IMG/VR virus record: IMGVR_UViG_3300024308_000018
Coordinates: 124,001-188,000 of that record
Length of the DNA: 64,000 nucleotides
Reading direction: 5' to 3' (one strand)
The translations under genes and the position numbers were made by a program. Under the pieces are notes generated by a model. That model ran no database searches and had not been told where the DNA came from. It saw nothing but the letters and a program-made list of their open reading frames with translations. Each line of letters starts with the position of its first letter. Position 1 is the first letter of the stretch. Positions 1 to 8,195 of this stretch are shown piece by piece.

Positions 1-31
1 TAGTGCCCCGTTTCATTGGAGAGCGCTACAC

Positions 32-406
32 ATGATAAGCCTCAACACTTTTATTGCCGCGCTGATGTTGGATGACAGCGAGTCTCGCCCCATCGTTATC
101 CACGAACGCGCATTCTACCGCCTGTCCCAGTACAGCAAGCGGGACTATCCGCCCGAAGAGCTGGCCGAGAAGCTGACCGCTGAGCTGGGCGGCCAATACT
201 GCGTCGTGTACGCGGCGAACGCCATGGGCCCCTCTGAAGATTACCGGTCGTCCGACTTCCTCGTCTTCAGCCCCAACGTTGATCTCAAAGCGTTGGCCGA
301 ATGCCTCGCTACCCTGTGCGACGAACCTTTCTCGTCCTGCGGCAGCGGCGAGTGTCCGGAATATGTAAACGAGTGGATAACGGCCCACACCAAAGGAGAT
401 GCTTGA
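32..406 (+). CDS. hypothetical protein
   Basis: GGAG RBS upstream; stop overlaps the next start (TGATG at 404-408). Confidence 0.7.
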   Translation: MISLNTFIAALMLDDSESRPIVIHERAFYRLSQYSKRDYPPEELAEKLTAELGGQYCVVYAANAMGPSEDYRSSDFLVFSPNVDLKALAECLATLCDEPFSSCGSGECPEYVNEWITAHTKGDA

Positions 407-1662
407 TGCACTGCACGCTATTTGAACCACTTGACCGTGGAGCGATAGGCAGCCACCGCTGGCTGCGACGCCATGAGATCGGACGTATCGGCCAGCCGAA
501 CTATCGGATGTTCGAATACCTCCCACGGATCAGCGTTGGTCAAGCGCGCCGCATTGTCGACAACGTTAGACGTGCCCCCGCGTCTGGCCCATTACGTGAC
601 CAGCTGGCTGAACTGATTCGCCAAGGTCTGGGTGTCCCGCAAGATCTGGATCGTCTGGCTGAGCTGCGCGATCTCGACATTGCACGCGACCCTGAAAAGT
701 TGCAGGCACTCAACGCGTACCTTGACGGTCTCGACGCGTCAATCACAACGATGGAACGTTACATGAGCCCGTGGCCCTTCCTCCCCAGCGCTGACTGGGT
801 GGCAGCGACCATTGGGCACGAAGCATGGCCGTTCTTCCGGCGCGAAAAGCCGAAGGGTCAAAGCGTCAGCGTTCCGGACTACGCGGCGTATGGCATTCTG
901 ATCTACATGCAGGACGGCGTTGAGTCGAAGACGTACACGCTGTGCGACTCGTATGTGCTGAAGCGTAAAAACGGTGTGGTGGCAATCCCCACGTTGTTCG
1001 CGCACCAGCAGTCACCCAACGAGCTACCTGCGGGTGCCGACCGTGCCAAGACCAAGCGAACGTACACGATGCGCTCGCGTATTCGCGGCACCATCGACGT
1101 GACGGGTGTGATGAAGAGCGACCGGAAATATTTTGCACTGTTCGGCCTGTTCTACTTCCACGACCGTCCGGATCAGGCGCAGCTGTTGAACAAGGCATTC
1201 AAGGTGGACGTATATAAGAACCTTGAGTCCGATGTGTTCGGACAGCCTGAGCGTGTCCAGAAACTGAAAGCAGCGTTGGATGAACTGCGCCCGCGTCACA
1301 CGTTGGCCGCTGATTTCGTCGCACGTAACCGTGCCCGTGTCAGCAGCGGTAACCCGTCCGAAAAGTTGCTTGCATCGTTCGCACGTGCCGAAGCAGTGAT
1401 TGAAGAGTTCGACCGAGCCAGTCGGCGTTACCATGACGCCGCTGAGTCTGCGCCACGCAACTCGCCGATCCGTGACCTATCGTTCTACGCGCTTGACGTG
1501 ATGTTGCCTTCAACGTTCAAGCCGGAAGAGATTGAATGGAGACCTATCTTGACGGACAAGTACGCACGCGTCGCTGATAGGCTCTACGGCAACGACAAAA
1601 CTGTAAACAAGTCGCGTACCGTACAATTTTCCCTAACGCCGAAAGGCTCCCGAATCTGGTAA
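406..1662 (+). CDS. hypothetical protein (start reassigned from 301 to 406)
   Basis: AAGGAG RBS and TGATG coupling to the upstream gene; no family recognised. Confidence 0.7.
   Translation: MHCTLFEPLDRGAIGSHRWLRRHEIGRIGQPNYRMFEYLPRISVGQARRIVDNVRRAPASGPLRDQLAELIRQGLGVPQDLDRLAELRDLDIARDPEKLQALNAYLDGLDASITTMERYMSPWPFLPSADWVAATIGHEAWPFFRREKPKGQSVSVPDYAAYGILIYMQDGVESKTYTLCDSYVLKRKNGVVAIPTLFAHQQSPNELPAGADRAKTKRTYTMRSRIRGTIDVTGVMKSDRKYFALFGLFYFHDRPDQAQLLNKAFKVDVYKNLESDVFGQPERVQKLKAALDELRPRHTLAADFVARNRARVSSGNPSEKLLASFARAEAVIEEFDRASRRYHDAAESAPRNSPIRDLSFYALDVMLPSTFKPEEIEWRPILTDKYARVADRLYGNDKTVNKSRTVQFSLTPKGSRIW
1597..1617 (+). promoter_or_regulatory. repeated phage promoter-like box (AAAACTGTAAACAAGTCGCGT)
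   Basis: Matches the AAWCTGTAAAYA-N6-GT consensus; about 70 nt upstream of the 1674 gene. Confidence 0.55.
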
Positions 1663-1673
1663 GGAGATATACC

Positions 1674-4241
1674 ATGTTGATGCTCATTATTGCTAACACT
1701 GAAGGACGCAACGGCGTTGTGGGTGTTCGTCCCATTCAGTTCAACAACGCACGTCAGGCACTCGAAGCTGTAAAGGGTCAGCTCAAGATGCACGTTGCCA
1801 CCATCCATGCCGAAACCCTCAACATTGACGACACCATCCCGTTGGTTGTCGGCTTTGTTGGTCGGGGCAACGCCGCTGAGTCTGTCCTCGCTAATGTGAT
1901 GACGGCTCAAGGGGACAACACTGCCGCGTTCCTCGAACGCTGTGGCGTTATCGGCGCGTATCACGTCCCTGAGACCGACGACGCTGAAATTCTGGCTGGC
2001 TACACCGACGCGGTATTCAACAACCTCGCCACTTACCTGCCGACCGAAGAAGGCGCACCCGGTTCCCGCGAGCCGCTGGCCGTTGACGGTCTGGAATTTC
2101 TGGCGGGCGCACCGCTTAACGTTGTCGTCCATGCTGACGGCGCGCAGCTGGGCCGCCCGTCTCCCCTGCAACAAATCGGCGGCAACTCTTACGCCGAGCA
2201 GGAAGTTGAAACTGAAATCGAAACCCCCGTTGTGGCAGAAGCCCAACCTGTAATCCAATCCAAAATCGAAACCGAGGAAACTGTCATGACCGCAACCCAA
2301 ATGACCAAAGCTGACCTGATGCGTGCCGCTCGCCAGTTGCACGGCGATCTGTCTGTCGCCGTCCCCAACTTCCAGCCCATCGAGATCGCGTTCGGCGACG
2401 CTTCCCGCCTGCGCCGCTTCTGCGGTCTGAAGCTGACCAACATGGATCAGGCTACTCTGGACGAGTTGCAATCCCGCGCCGAAGAAGTTTGCCAGTGCCT
2501 GAAAGAGCTGGCCGCGCTGACTGCCACTCAAGATGACGAGCTGGAAGTCACCGCGCACGTAAGCGCTGGTTCCGACGATGACGACTTCGCTCCGGTTCCG
2601 GATCAGCAACTGGCTGATGATGACGACGAAGAGTTCGACGAAGTTGATACCGAAGTTGAGACCGACATCGAACCCACCGCTGATCTGGTTGCCGATGACG
2701 AGCTGCCTGTCGAAGCCGACACCTCTGCCGACGATCTCGACCTGAACGACATGACCGTGCTGGCCGAGAAGCTGCCCGCCGTGTTCCTGCTGACTCAAGG
2801 TCGTCTGGATGAAGTGGAAGGCGCGATGTCCGCCGTTTCCGAGTTCGCGGTGAACCTCATTACTGAGCAGGGCGGCGACTTCAACGACTTCAACGAATCC
2901 GACGTTGCTGAAGCCGTCGAGTCCGGGGAGCTGGTCAACGTCGTCACTCTGCTGGACGAATCCGACTGGCTGAACGCTGCCTCCTTCGACCTGCTGTACG
3001 AGCTGGACGGCGCACTGACTGATGCGGCGGCCGCTTCCGGTATCGACGTGCAGGGTGAAGTCGACCAGTCCGGTATCGATCTGGATACCGACGACGAAGA
3101 GATGTTGACTGACAACGACAACGACACCGACAACGACTGGGAAGAAGATGACGAAGAAGAAGACGAAGACGCTGAGCCCGAAGCTGATCTGCAAATGCTG
3201 CAAGTCACCATCGTTCCGCGTCTGGTTCTGAACCTCGTCGCCGACTACAACGGTCACGTCTACACCAAGGAGCAACGTCACGCTCTGATGGCGATGCCGA
3301 CCGAAAGCGGTCGTGTCCTGAACCTCGCTTACGGTATCTCCGGCAACGACAGCAACAACGGATCCCAAGGTGCTTACGTCCGTGCCATCGGCCGTACTGC
3401 CAAGGCGCTGGGCCAACTGGCGAACGCAACCGTGCTGCTGCCGTCCAGCTACGCTGACGTGACCGCCGACAAGCTGGCTGCTGCCGTCACTGCCGCCGCC
3501 ACTGGCACCGACATCAACGAGCTGCTGTCCAACGTGCTGGCCGACCTGCAAGGTATCGAGGTCGACGAAGAAGGCAACGTGATGATCGGCTTTGCCGACG
3601 ACGAAGGCGACGAGACCGAGCCGAAGATTGCACTGTCTGACCTGTGCGACTTCGACGTCAAGTACAGCATGATGCGTGAGCACGACTTCGGGCCTGCCAC
3701 CATCGAAGTTACTGCGCTGCTCAACATGCGTATGCCGATCCTTGGGTTCGCCAAGTACCCCGAGAAGATCGCCGCACGTCTGGCCTCGCTGGCTGACAAG
3801 CAGTTCGACCGTCACGGCGTTGACGTGTATCCGGCAATCACCTTCAACGCTGTTGATCGTATCTTCAACCGCACTGAAGAGTTCAGCGACCGCAACATCG
3901 CGTGCCTGCCGGAAGTGATCAGCGCGCTGATCGCACAAGTCAACGTTGAAGAGAGCCCGTGGGCTGGTGCAGTTGTCGCTACCCATCGCGCCGTGGTCGA
4001 AACTGGCGTGTACGGTATCGGCCTGCTGGTTGACGACTCCGAAGTCGAGCAGTACGTCCCGCTGCACGAAGTTGTCGACATCGACGCTTACGCCAGTGTG
4101 GGCAACGATGCCTGTGCCGTCCTGTGCACTCCCATCGGCGAATCCCTGTTCGGCATGGGCGGTGATACCACCATCATGCTGACCCGTGCCAAGGACGACT
4201 CCGAAGAAGAGGACGAGACCGAGCTGGACGACGCCGAGTAA
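1674..4241 (+). CDS. large, very acidic (D/E-rich) protein
   Basis: AAGGAG RBS; strong codon bias; long D/E tracts separating folded-looking segments. Confidence 0.85.
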   Translation: MLMLIIANTEGRNGVVGVRPIQFNNARQALEAVKGQLKMHVATIHAETLNIDDTIPLVVGFVGRGNAAESVLANVMTAQGDNTAAFLERCGVIGAYHVPETDDAEILAGYTDAVFNNLATYLPTEEGAPGSREPLAVDGLEFLAGAPLNVVVHADGAQLGRPSPLQQIGGNSYAEQEVETEIETPVVAEAQPVIQSKIETEETVMTATQMTKADLMRAARQLHGDLSVAVPNFQPIEIAFGDASRLRRFCGLKLTNMDQATLDELQSRAEEVCQCLKELAALTATQDDELEVTAHVSAGSDDDDFAPVPDQQLADDDDEEFDEVDTEVETDIEPTADLVADDELPVEADTSADDLDLNDMTVLAEKLPAVFLLTQGRLDEVEGAMSAVSEFAVNLITEQGGDFNDFNESDVAEAVESGELVNVVTLLDESDWLNAASFDLLYELDGALTDAAAASGIDVQGEVDQSGIDLDTDDEEMLTDNDNDTDNDWEEDDEEEDEDAEPEADLQMLQVTIVPRLVLNLVADYNGHVYTKEQRHALMAMPTESGRVLNLAYGISGNDSNNGSQGAYVRAIGRTAKALGQLANATVLLPSSYADVTADKLAAAVTAAATGTDINELLSNVLADLQGIEVDEEGNVMIGFADDEGDETEPKIALSDLCDFDVKYSMMREHDFGPATIEVTALLNMRMPILGFAKYPEKIAARLASLADKQFDRHGVDVYPAITFNAVDRIFNRTEEFSDRNIACLPEVISALIAQVNVEESPWAGAVVATHRAVVETGVYGIGLLVDDSEVEQYVPLHEVVDIDAYASVGNDACAVLCTPIGESLFGMGGDTTIMLTRAKDDSEEEDETELDDAE

Positions 4242-4281
4242 TTCTGTAAACGATAATTGTAGGGGCCGCAGTTTGGCCCCT
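4240..4281 (+). promoter_or_regulatory. promoter-like box plus hairpin
   Basis: AATTCTGTAAACGATAATTGT immediately followed by AGGGGCC-N7-GGCCCCT, with no U-tract. Confidence 0.65.
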
Positions 4282-4301
4282 TCTACTCCGAGGACAAATC
4301 A

Positions 4302-4856
4302 ATGCAACGTATTTCCCAAGTTGGTGCCATGATGGCAAACTTCGGCGAGCTGCTGACTACTATGTCGCACGCTGTTGAAGACGAAATAAACACCGCGATT
4401 CGCGACGAACAGGCGAGCGCCGCTGAACAGCTGAAGCGCACGGTTGACGACGCCAACGCCAAGATCACGAACCTCAATGCGACGAACGAGTCGCTGTCTA
4501 CGCAACTGCTGCGCAGCAACCAGCAACTCAAGGTTGCAGCCGACAAGCTGGCCGAGCTGGAAACCGAAGTCCTGCCGCTGGCTGCCATCGACGCCGACGA
4601 CGTGTTCGACAAGCTGGAAGAGCTGGACTTGGTTGTCGGCAAGCCTAACGGCGCTGGCGTGAAAGAGTCGCGCGAGCTTATCCAGAAAGTGTGCCGTGAC
4701 CTTGAACCGTTGCGTGCACGTTGCTCCCAAGAAACCCCGGCCCCGAAGCCTGCACCGAAACTTGCAGACGTTGCTGAAGCCGTGGGGAAAGCAAGCGGCG
4801 CTGCGGTCGCTAATGTAGAGGGCAACGCCGAGCCCGAGATGCCCGTCAAAGCGTAA
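4302..4856 (+). CDS. coiled-coil hypothetical protein
   Basis: GAGG RBS; heptad-like central helix. Confidence 0.8.
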   Translation: MQRISQVGAMMANFGELLTTMSHAVEDEINTAIRDEQASAAEQLKRTVDDANAKITNLNATNESLSTQLLRSNQQLKVAADKLAELETEVLPLAAIDADDVFDKLEELDLVVGKPNGAGVKESRELIQKVCRDLEPLRARCSQETPAPKPAPKLADVAEAVGKASGAAVANVEGNAEPEMPVKA

Positions 4857-4963
4857 TGGGCAATCAGCAAGTTTTATCATCATCGTTCGCAAAAGGTTTC
4901 GCGCTGAGCATTCTAATTCTTACGGCGCTGACTTCTGCACTGTCACTGGCTGCCCTAGCCTGA
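4856..4963 (+). CDS. 35-aa hydrophobic (single-TM) peptide, not in the ORF track
   Basis: TAATG coupling to the upstream stop; MGNQQVLSSSFAKGFALSILILTALTSALSLAALA. Confidence 0.5.
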   Translation: MGNQQVLSSSFAKGFALSILILTALTSALSLAALA

Positions 4964-4968
4964 CACCG

Positions 4969-4989
4969 AATTCTGTAAATAGTAATTGT
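4969..4989 (+). promoter_or_regulatory. promoter-like box
   Basis: AATTCTGTAAATAGTAATTGT upstream of the 5023 gene. Confidence 0.65.
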
Positions 4990-5022
4990 TAGTCCAACTC
5001 ACAACCCCGAAAGGAATATCGT

Positions 5023-5562
5023 ATGGCTATCGCCCCTAAGAAGAAGCAAGTTCGTTCTGACCTGATCCCTACCCGTACCAGCCGCCTGCACAACAAGAGC
5101 AGCGTTGCCGTCGGTGCTGCGGTCGCCAAGTTGTTTACCGTGCTGGTCACCTGCCGCAAGCCCGAGCAGTTTGCCGCCGTGCTGCTGAGCGACGATGACA
5201 ACAGCATCATGGTGCGCCGCAAGAAAGGCTACGGCTCTTCCAAGGTTCTGGAAGTGATGATCAGCAAGAGCGACGTTCTGGAAATCACAGGCGCTGGCGT
5301 CGGCCACGAAGCGATCATCCGCGCTGTCGGCCAAGTGCCCGAGCTGAAGCTGCCGCACCAGAAGGTCAAGAACGTTGCAGGCTGGTTGATCTGTACCGAC
5401 GCCGAGACTGGCGAGCAGACCCGCATCAACACCCGCGCCCAAGGCGTTGAAGTTTCTGTCGTCGGTGAAGACGTCAAAGAAGGCTCCGGTAAAGCCGCCC
5501 CGAAGACTGCCAAGAAAACTGGCAACGTCTCCAAGCTGCCGTCCCGCAAGCGCGAAGTGTAA
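5023..5562 (+). CDS. basic hypothetical protein
   Basis: AAGGA RBS; K-rich termini. Confidence 0.8.
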   Translation: MAIAPKKKQVRSDLIPTRTSRLHNKSSVAVGAAVAKLFTVLVTCRKPEQFAAVLLSDDDNSIMVRRKKGYGSSKVLEVMISKSDVLEITGAGVGHEAIIRAVGQVPELKLPHQKVKNVAGWLICTDAETGEQTRINTRAQGVEVSVVGEDVKEGSGKAAPKTAKKTGNVSKLPSRKREV

Positions 5563-5581
5563 GGCTACACTCCGTCCGCAA

Positions 5582-5666
5582 AAATCTGTAAACAATAATT
5601 GTTGGGAGCGCTGAGCACGGTGCTCCAGAATAAAACTGTAAACAACACAAGTAGGCAACACCGCCT
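5582..5666 (+). promoter_or_regulatory. tandem promoter-like boxes, each followed by a hairpin
   Basis: CTGTAAACAATAATTGT (5586) + GGAGCGC/GTGCTCC stem; CTGTAAACAACACAAGT (5636) + AGGC/GCCT stem. Confidence 0.65.
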
Positions 5667-5690
5667 CGTATCTATAAGGGAATTTCAGTC

Positions 5691-6488
5691 ATGGCTAAAG
5701 CTAAAACCGCAACCACCAAAACCTCCGCTAAGTCCAACAAAGCCGCTGCTGCTCCGGTGAACGCCGCAACTACTCTGCTGCATACCCTGTGCCAGTCTCT
5801 GGCTGCTGCCATTAGCGAAGACCCGAAGATCGCCAAGTTGGCTGATTCCTACGGTCTGGGTTTGGTCGGTGAGGTAGCCGACAACGAGGAAGAGGAAGAA
5901 CTCGAAGAAGAAGACGAAGAGTTCGAAGAAGAGGACGAGGAAGAAGAAGCTCCGAAGTCCAAGAAAGCCGCTTCCAAGAAAGCTCCCGCCAAAGGCGGCA
6001 AGAAAAAGAAAGCGCTGACCGCTGACGACATCATCGAAATTCTGGACGGCGACGACGCCGACGCTGCCGAGGCCGCATTCAACGATCTGGAAGACGAAGA
6101 CATGATCCGCGAGATCGCCGTCACCCTGAAGCTGGTCAAGGCCAAGGCCGCTGCCAAGACCGACGCCGACACCCTGACCGAGATGATCGGTGAGCACTTC
6201 GGCATCGGTGAAGAGGAAGAGGACGAAGAAGAAGAAGGCATCGACCCGGACGAGATGTCCGAAGCCGAACTGCTCGAATTCGTTATCGAGCACAAGCTGG
6301 CCACCAAGGTCAAAGCCAAGAAGATGGACGAGGACGAACTTCGCGCCCTCGTTGAAGAATTCCTCGAAGAAGAAGAAGAGGAAGACGAAGACGAGGAAGA
6401 GGAAGAGGAAGACGAAGAAGAGTTCGACGACGAAGAAGAGGAAGAAGAAGACGAAGACGAATTCGACGACGAGTTCGACGAAGAATAA
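5691..6488 (+). CDS. extremely acidic protein with poly-E/D tracts and two Rho-N/HeH-like helical repeats
   Basis: Three long E/D tracts; repeats DMIREIAVTLKL..KTDADTLTEMIGEHF and MSEAELLEFVIEHKL..KMDEDELRALVEEFL. Confidence 0.8.
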   Translation: MAKAKTATTKTSAKSNKAAAAPVNAATTLLHTLCQSLAAAISEDPKIAKLADSYGLGLVGEVADNEEEEELEEEDEEFEEEDEEEEAPKSKKAASKKAPAKGGKKKKALTADDIIEILDGDDADAAEAAFNDLEDEDMIREIAVTLKLVKAKAAAKTDADTLTEMIGEHFGIGEEEEDEEEEGIDPDEMSEAELLEFVIEHKLATKVKAKKMDEDELRALVEEFLEEEEEEDEDEEEEEEDEEEFDDEEEEEEDEDEFDDEFDEE

Positions 6489-6514
6489 TCTTCCTCCGGT
6501 CTGAAAAGTTTTCC

Positions 6515-6556
6515 AATCCGAAAACAGTAATTGATGGGGCGGCAAGTTCCGCCCCA
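6515..6556 (+). promoter_or_regulatory. variant promoter-like box plus hairpin
   Basis: AATCCGAAAACAGTAATTGA followed by an 8-bp TGGGGCGG/CCGCCCCA stem. Confidence 0.5.
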
Positions 6557-6596
6557 ACTTAACCCCCCCAAGCATTTAATTCTCAAGGAGCCTATC

Positions 6597-7115
6597 ATGG
6601 CTAAGACTACCGTTGTTGAAACCGCCCAGCTGTCCGCCCTTCAGAAAACTCTGAAGTCCCTGAAGTCCCAGCACGCCAAGGCCCAGAAGCAGCACGACAG
6701 CTCTGTCGCTGCCCAGACCAAAGCTCAGGAAATTTCCTCCCAGTCGCTGGCTGCGCAGGAACAAAGCATCGCTGAACTGGAAGCCCAGCTGCTGGCCGCC
6801 AAGTCCGGCGAAGCTGCTCCGGCACCTGCTGCCAAGAAAGCTCCGGCCAAAGCCGCAGCCGCCAAGCCTGCCGCTGGCAAGAAAGCTCCGGCCAAAGCCG
6901 AGAAGCCTGCCGCTGGCAAGAAAGCTCCGGCCAAAGCTCCGGCCAAAGCCGAGAAGCCTGCTACCAAGAAAGCCCCGGCCAAACCCGCCAAAGCTGAAAA
7001 GCCTGCTGCCAAGCCTGCTGGCAAGAAAGCTCCGGCCAAAGCTGCAAAAGCCGCTCCGGCCAAGAAAGGTAAAGGCAAGGGCAAAGGCGACGACCTCGAA
7101 TTCGATCTGGGTTAA
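6597..7115 (+). CDS. histone H1-like / AlgP-like DNA-binding protein (coiled coil plus PAKKA repeats)
   Basis: AAGGAG RBS before ATG 6597; N-terminal coiled coil; about 90 aa of K/A/P repeats; acidic tail DDLEFDLG. Confidence 0.85.
   Translation: MAKTTVVETAQLSALQKTLKSLKSQHAKAQKQHDSSVAAQTKAQEISSQSLAAQEQSIAELEAQLLAAKSGEAAPAPAAKKAPAKAAAAKPAAGKKAPAKAEKPAAGKKAPAKAPAKAEKPATKKAPAKPAKAEKPAAKPAGKKAPAKAAKAAPAKKGKGKGKGDDLEFDLG
6864..6937 (+). repeat. 35-bp exact direct repeat (39-nt period) in the H1-like gene
   Basis: AAGCCTGCCGCTGGCAAGAAAGCTCCGGCCAAAGC at 6864 and 6903; near-copy at 7011. Confidence 0.9.
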
Positions 7116-7156
7116 TCACCGCCGCGCAATGCCAGAGGAATAAACATCCTCGGATC

Positions 7157-7182
7157 AGGGGAGCAACGTTGCTCCCCTTTTT
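7157..7182 (+). terminator. intrinsic terminator
   Basis: Perfect palindrome AGGGGAGCAACGTTGCTCCCCT followed by a T-tract. Confidence 0.85.
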
Positions 7183-7216
7183 CTATTCTCTGCCTCACAA
7201 AACGGACTTCGCGAAC

Positions 7217-7747
7217 ATGGCCCTGCACCTTGAACTTCTTCATTCCACGTTGGATGCCGCAATCAACGCCCGGCGCACTCTCGAAACTCTCGATGTATCT
7301 TCTGCAATAAGCGGCGTCGCCAAATCCAACTGCGCACTCGCCAAGAATATCGACAAGCATATCACCGATGGGTCTGCCCATTCTCTGCTTGGTGCTCTCT
7401 TTCTCGTAAGCGATGCGGAAGCCGTAGAAGTGGCGGCTGGTCAGCTCCGCATTAGCGATCTGCCGCAACGCCATGCAGACGTTGCAGTCCATGCGGTGCA
7501 TACCGCCAAGATGCGTAACACATACACTCGCGCTGAAGGTATACGCTGGCTCGCTGAAACCCTGTGCGACATCCCCAGCGTCGACATGTTGCAAGCGTTC
7601 AACAAGGATCAGCTGATCGCACTGCGTGACCTGATCGGGTTTGCCTCAGTCTCTGGTATCGCAGACGATCCGAAAGCCAGCGTGTCCAGCGTGGCTGATT
7701 CCCTCAAGGCGCTGCGCTACCAAGAAGGCGAGCACGACCACGACTGA
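7217..7747 (+). CDS. hypothetical protein
   Basis: ORF downstream of the terminator; ATG 7217 preferred over TTG 7169, which lies inside the terminator. Confidence 0.65.
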   Translation: MALHLELLHSTLDAAINARRTLETLDVSSAISGVAKSNCALAKNIDKHITDGSAHSLLGALFLVSDAEAVEVAAGQLRISDLPQRHADVAVHAVHTAKMRNTYTRAEGIRWLAETLCDIPSVDMLQAFNKDQLIALRDLIGFASVSGIADDPKASVSSVADSLKALRYQEGEHDHD

Positions 7748-7779
7748 CGAAAACCGGACTAGGTTTCTAGCACGTCAGT

Positions 7780-7788
7780 TGGTATAAT
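7780..7788 (+). promoter_or_regulatory. host sigma70-type extended -10 promoter (TGnTATAAT)
   Basis: TGGTATAAT in the intergenic region upstream of the 7821-gyrB-gyrA unit. Confidence 0.6.
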
Positions 7789-7820
7789 AAGTGCATGGGG
7801 ACAATCACGGGTAACTGACA

Positions 7821-8195
7821 ATGAAAGCTGAGATCACGAATGTCTACACGGACTTTGACGCGCTGATGCAACAAGTCAACGCATCGCTGTTCCGACTCTA
7901 CGCTGTGCGATCCACGGACGGCTTGAATACGCCGCTCGGGTTCGTTGTTGTGTACGCCGACCTTAATCAGGCAACTGGCTTCTCGCTGCGCGTGACAATG
8001 TGTCGCGCTATCGGGCAAACCATCGAGCTTGTTTCACAGGCTCCGCTCCCGCTGCTGTCACTGTACGTCGACATCAAGCGGCAGGTTGAGGAATGGGATG
8101 GCACGCTCGCCACCTATCCACTCGCCCCTATTGCAGAAGATGACGCCAGCGACTATTACGGCGAACTCGAAACACCAGAGGATGAACTGACATGA
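7821..8195 (+). CDS. hypothetical protein
   Basis: ATGA overlap with the topoisomerase B gene. Confidence 0.7.
   Translation: MKAEITNVYTDFDALMQQVNASLFRLYAVRSTDGLNTPLGFVVVYADLNQATGFSLRVTMCRAIGQTIELVSQAPLPLLSLYVDIKRQVEEWDGTLATYPLAPIAEDDASDYYGELETPEDELT

Noticed and set aside
1584-4067. 827-aa minus-strand ORF (also 21921..23474, 51500..53275 and similar)
   Set aside because: Antisense shadows of strongly codon-biased + strand genes; no RBS or recognisable motifs.
4240-6556. Repeated intergenic motifs read as a CRISPR array or attC-like cassette sites
   Set aside because: The repeats are short, degenerate and separated by whole genes; the hairpins share no sequence; there is no cas or integrase gene. 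A promoter explanation fits better.
5849-6598. Poly-Ser and poly-Phe minus-strand ORFs
   Set aside because: Reverse complement of the GAA/GAC acidic tracts.
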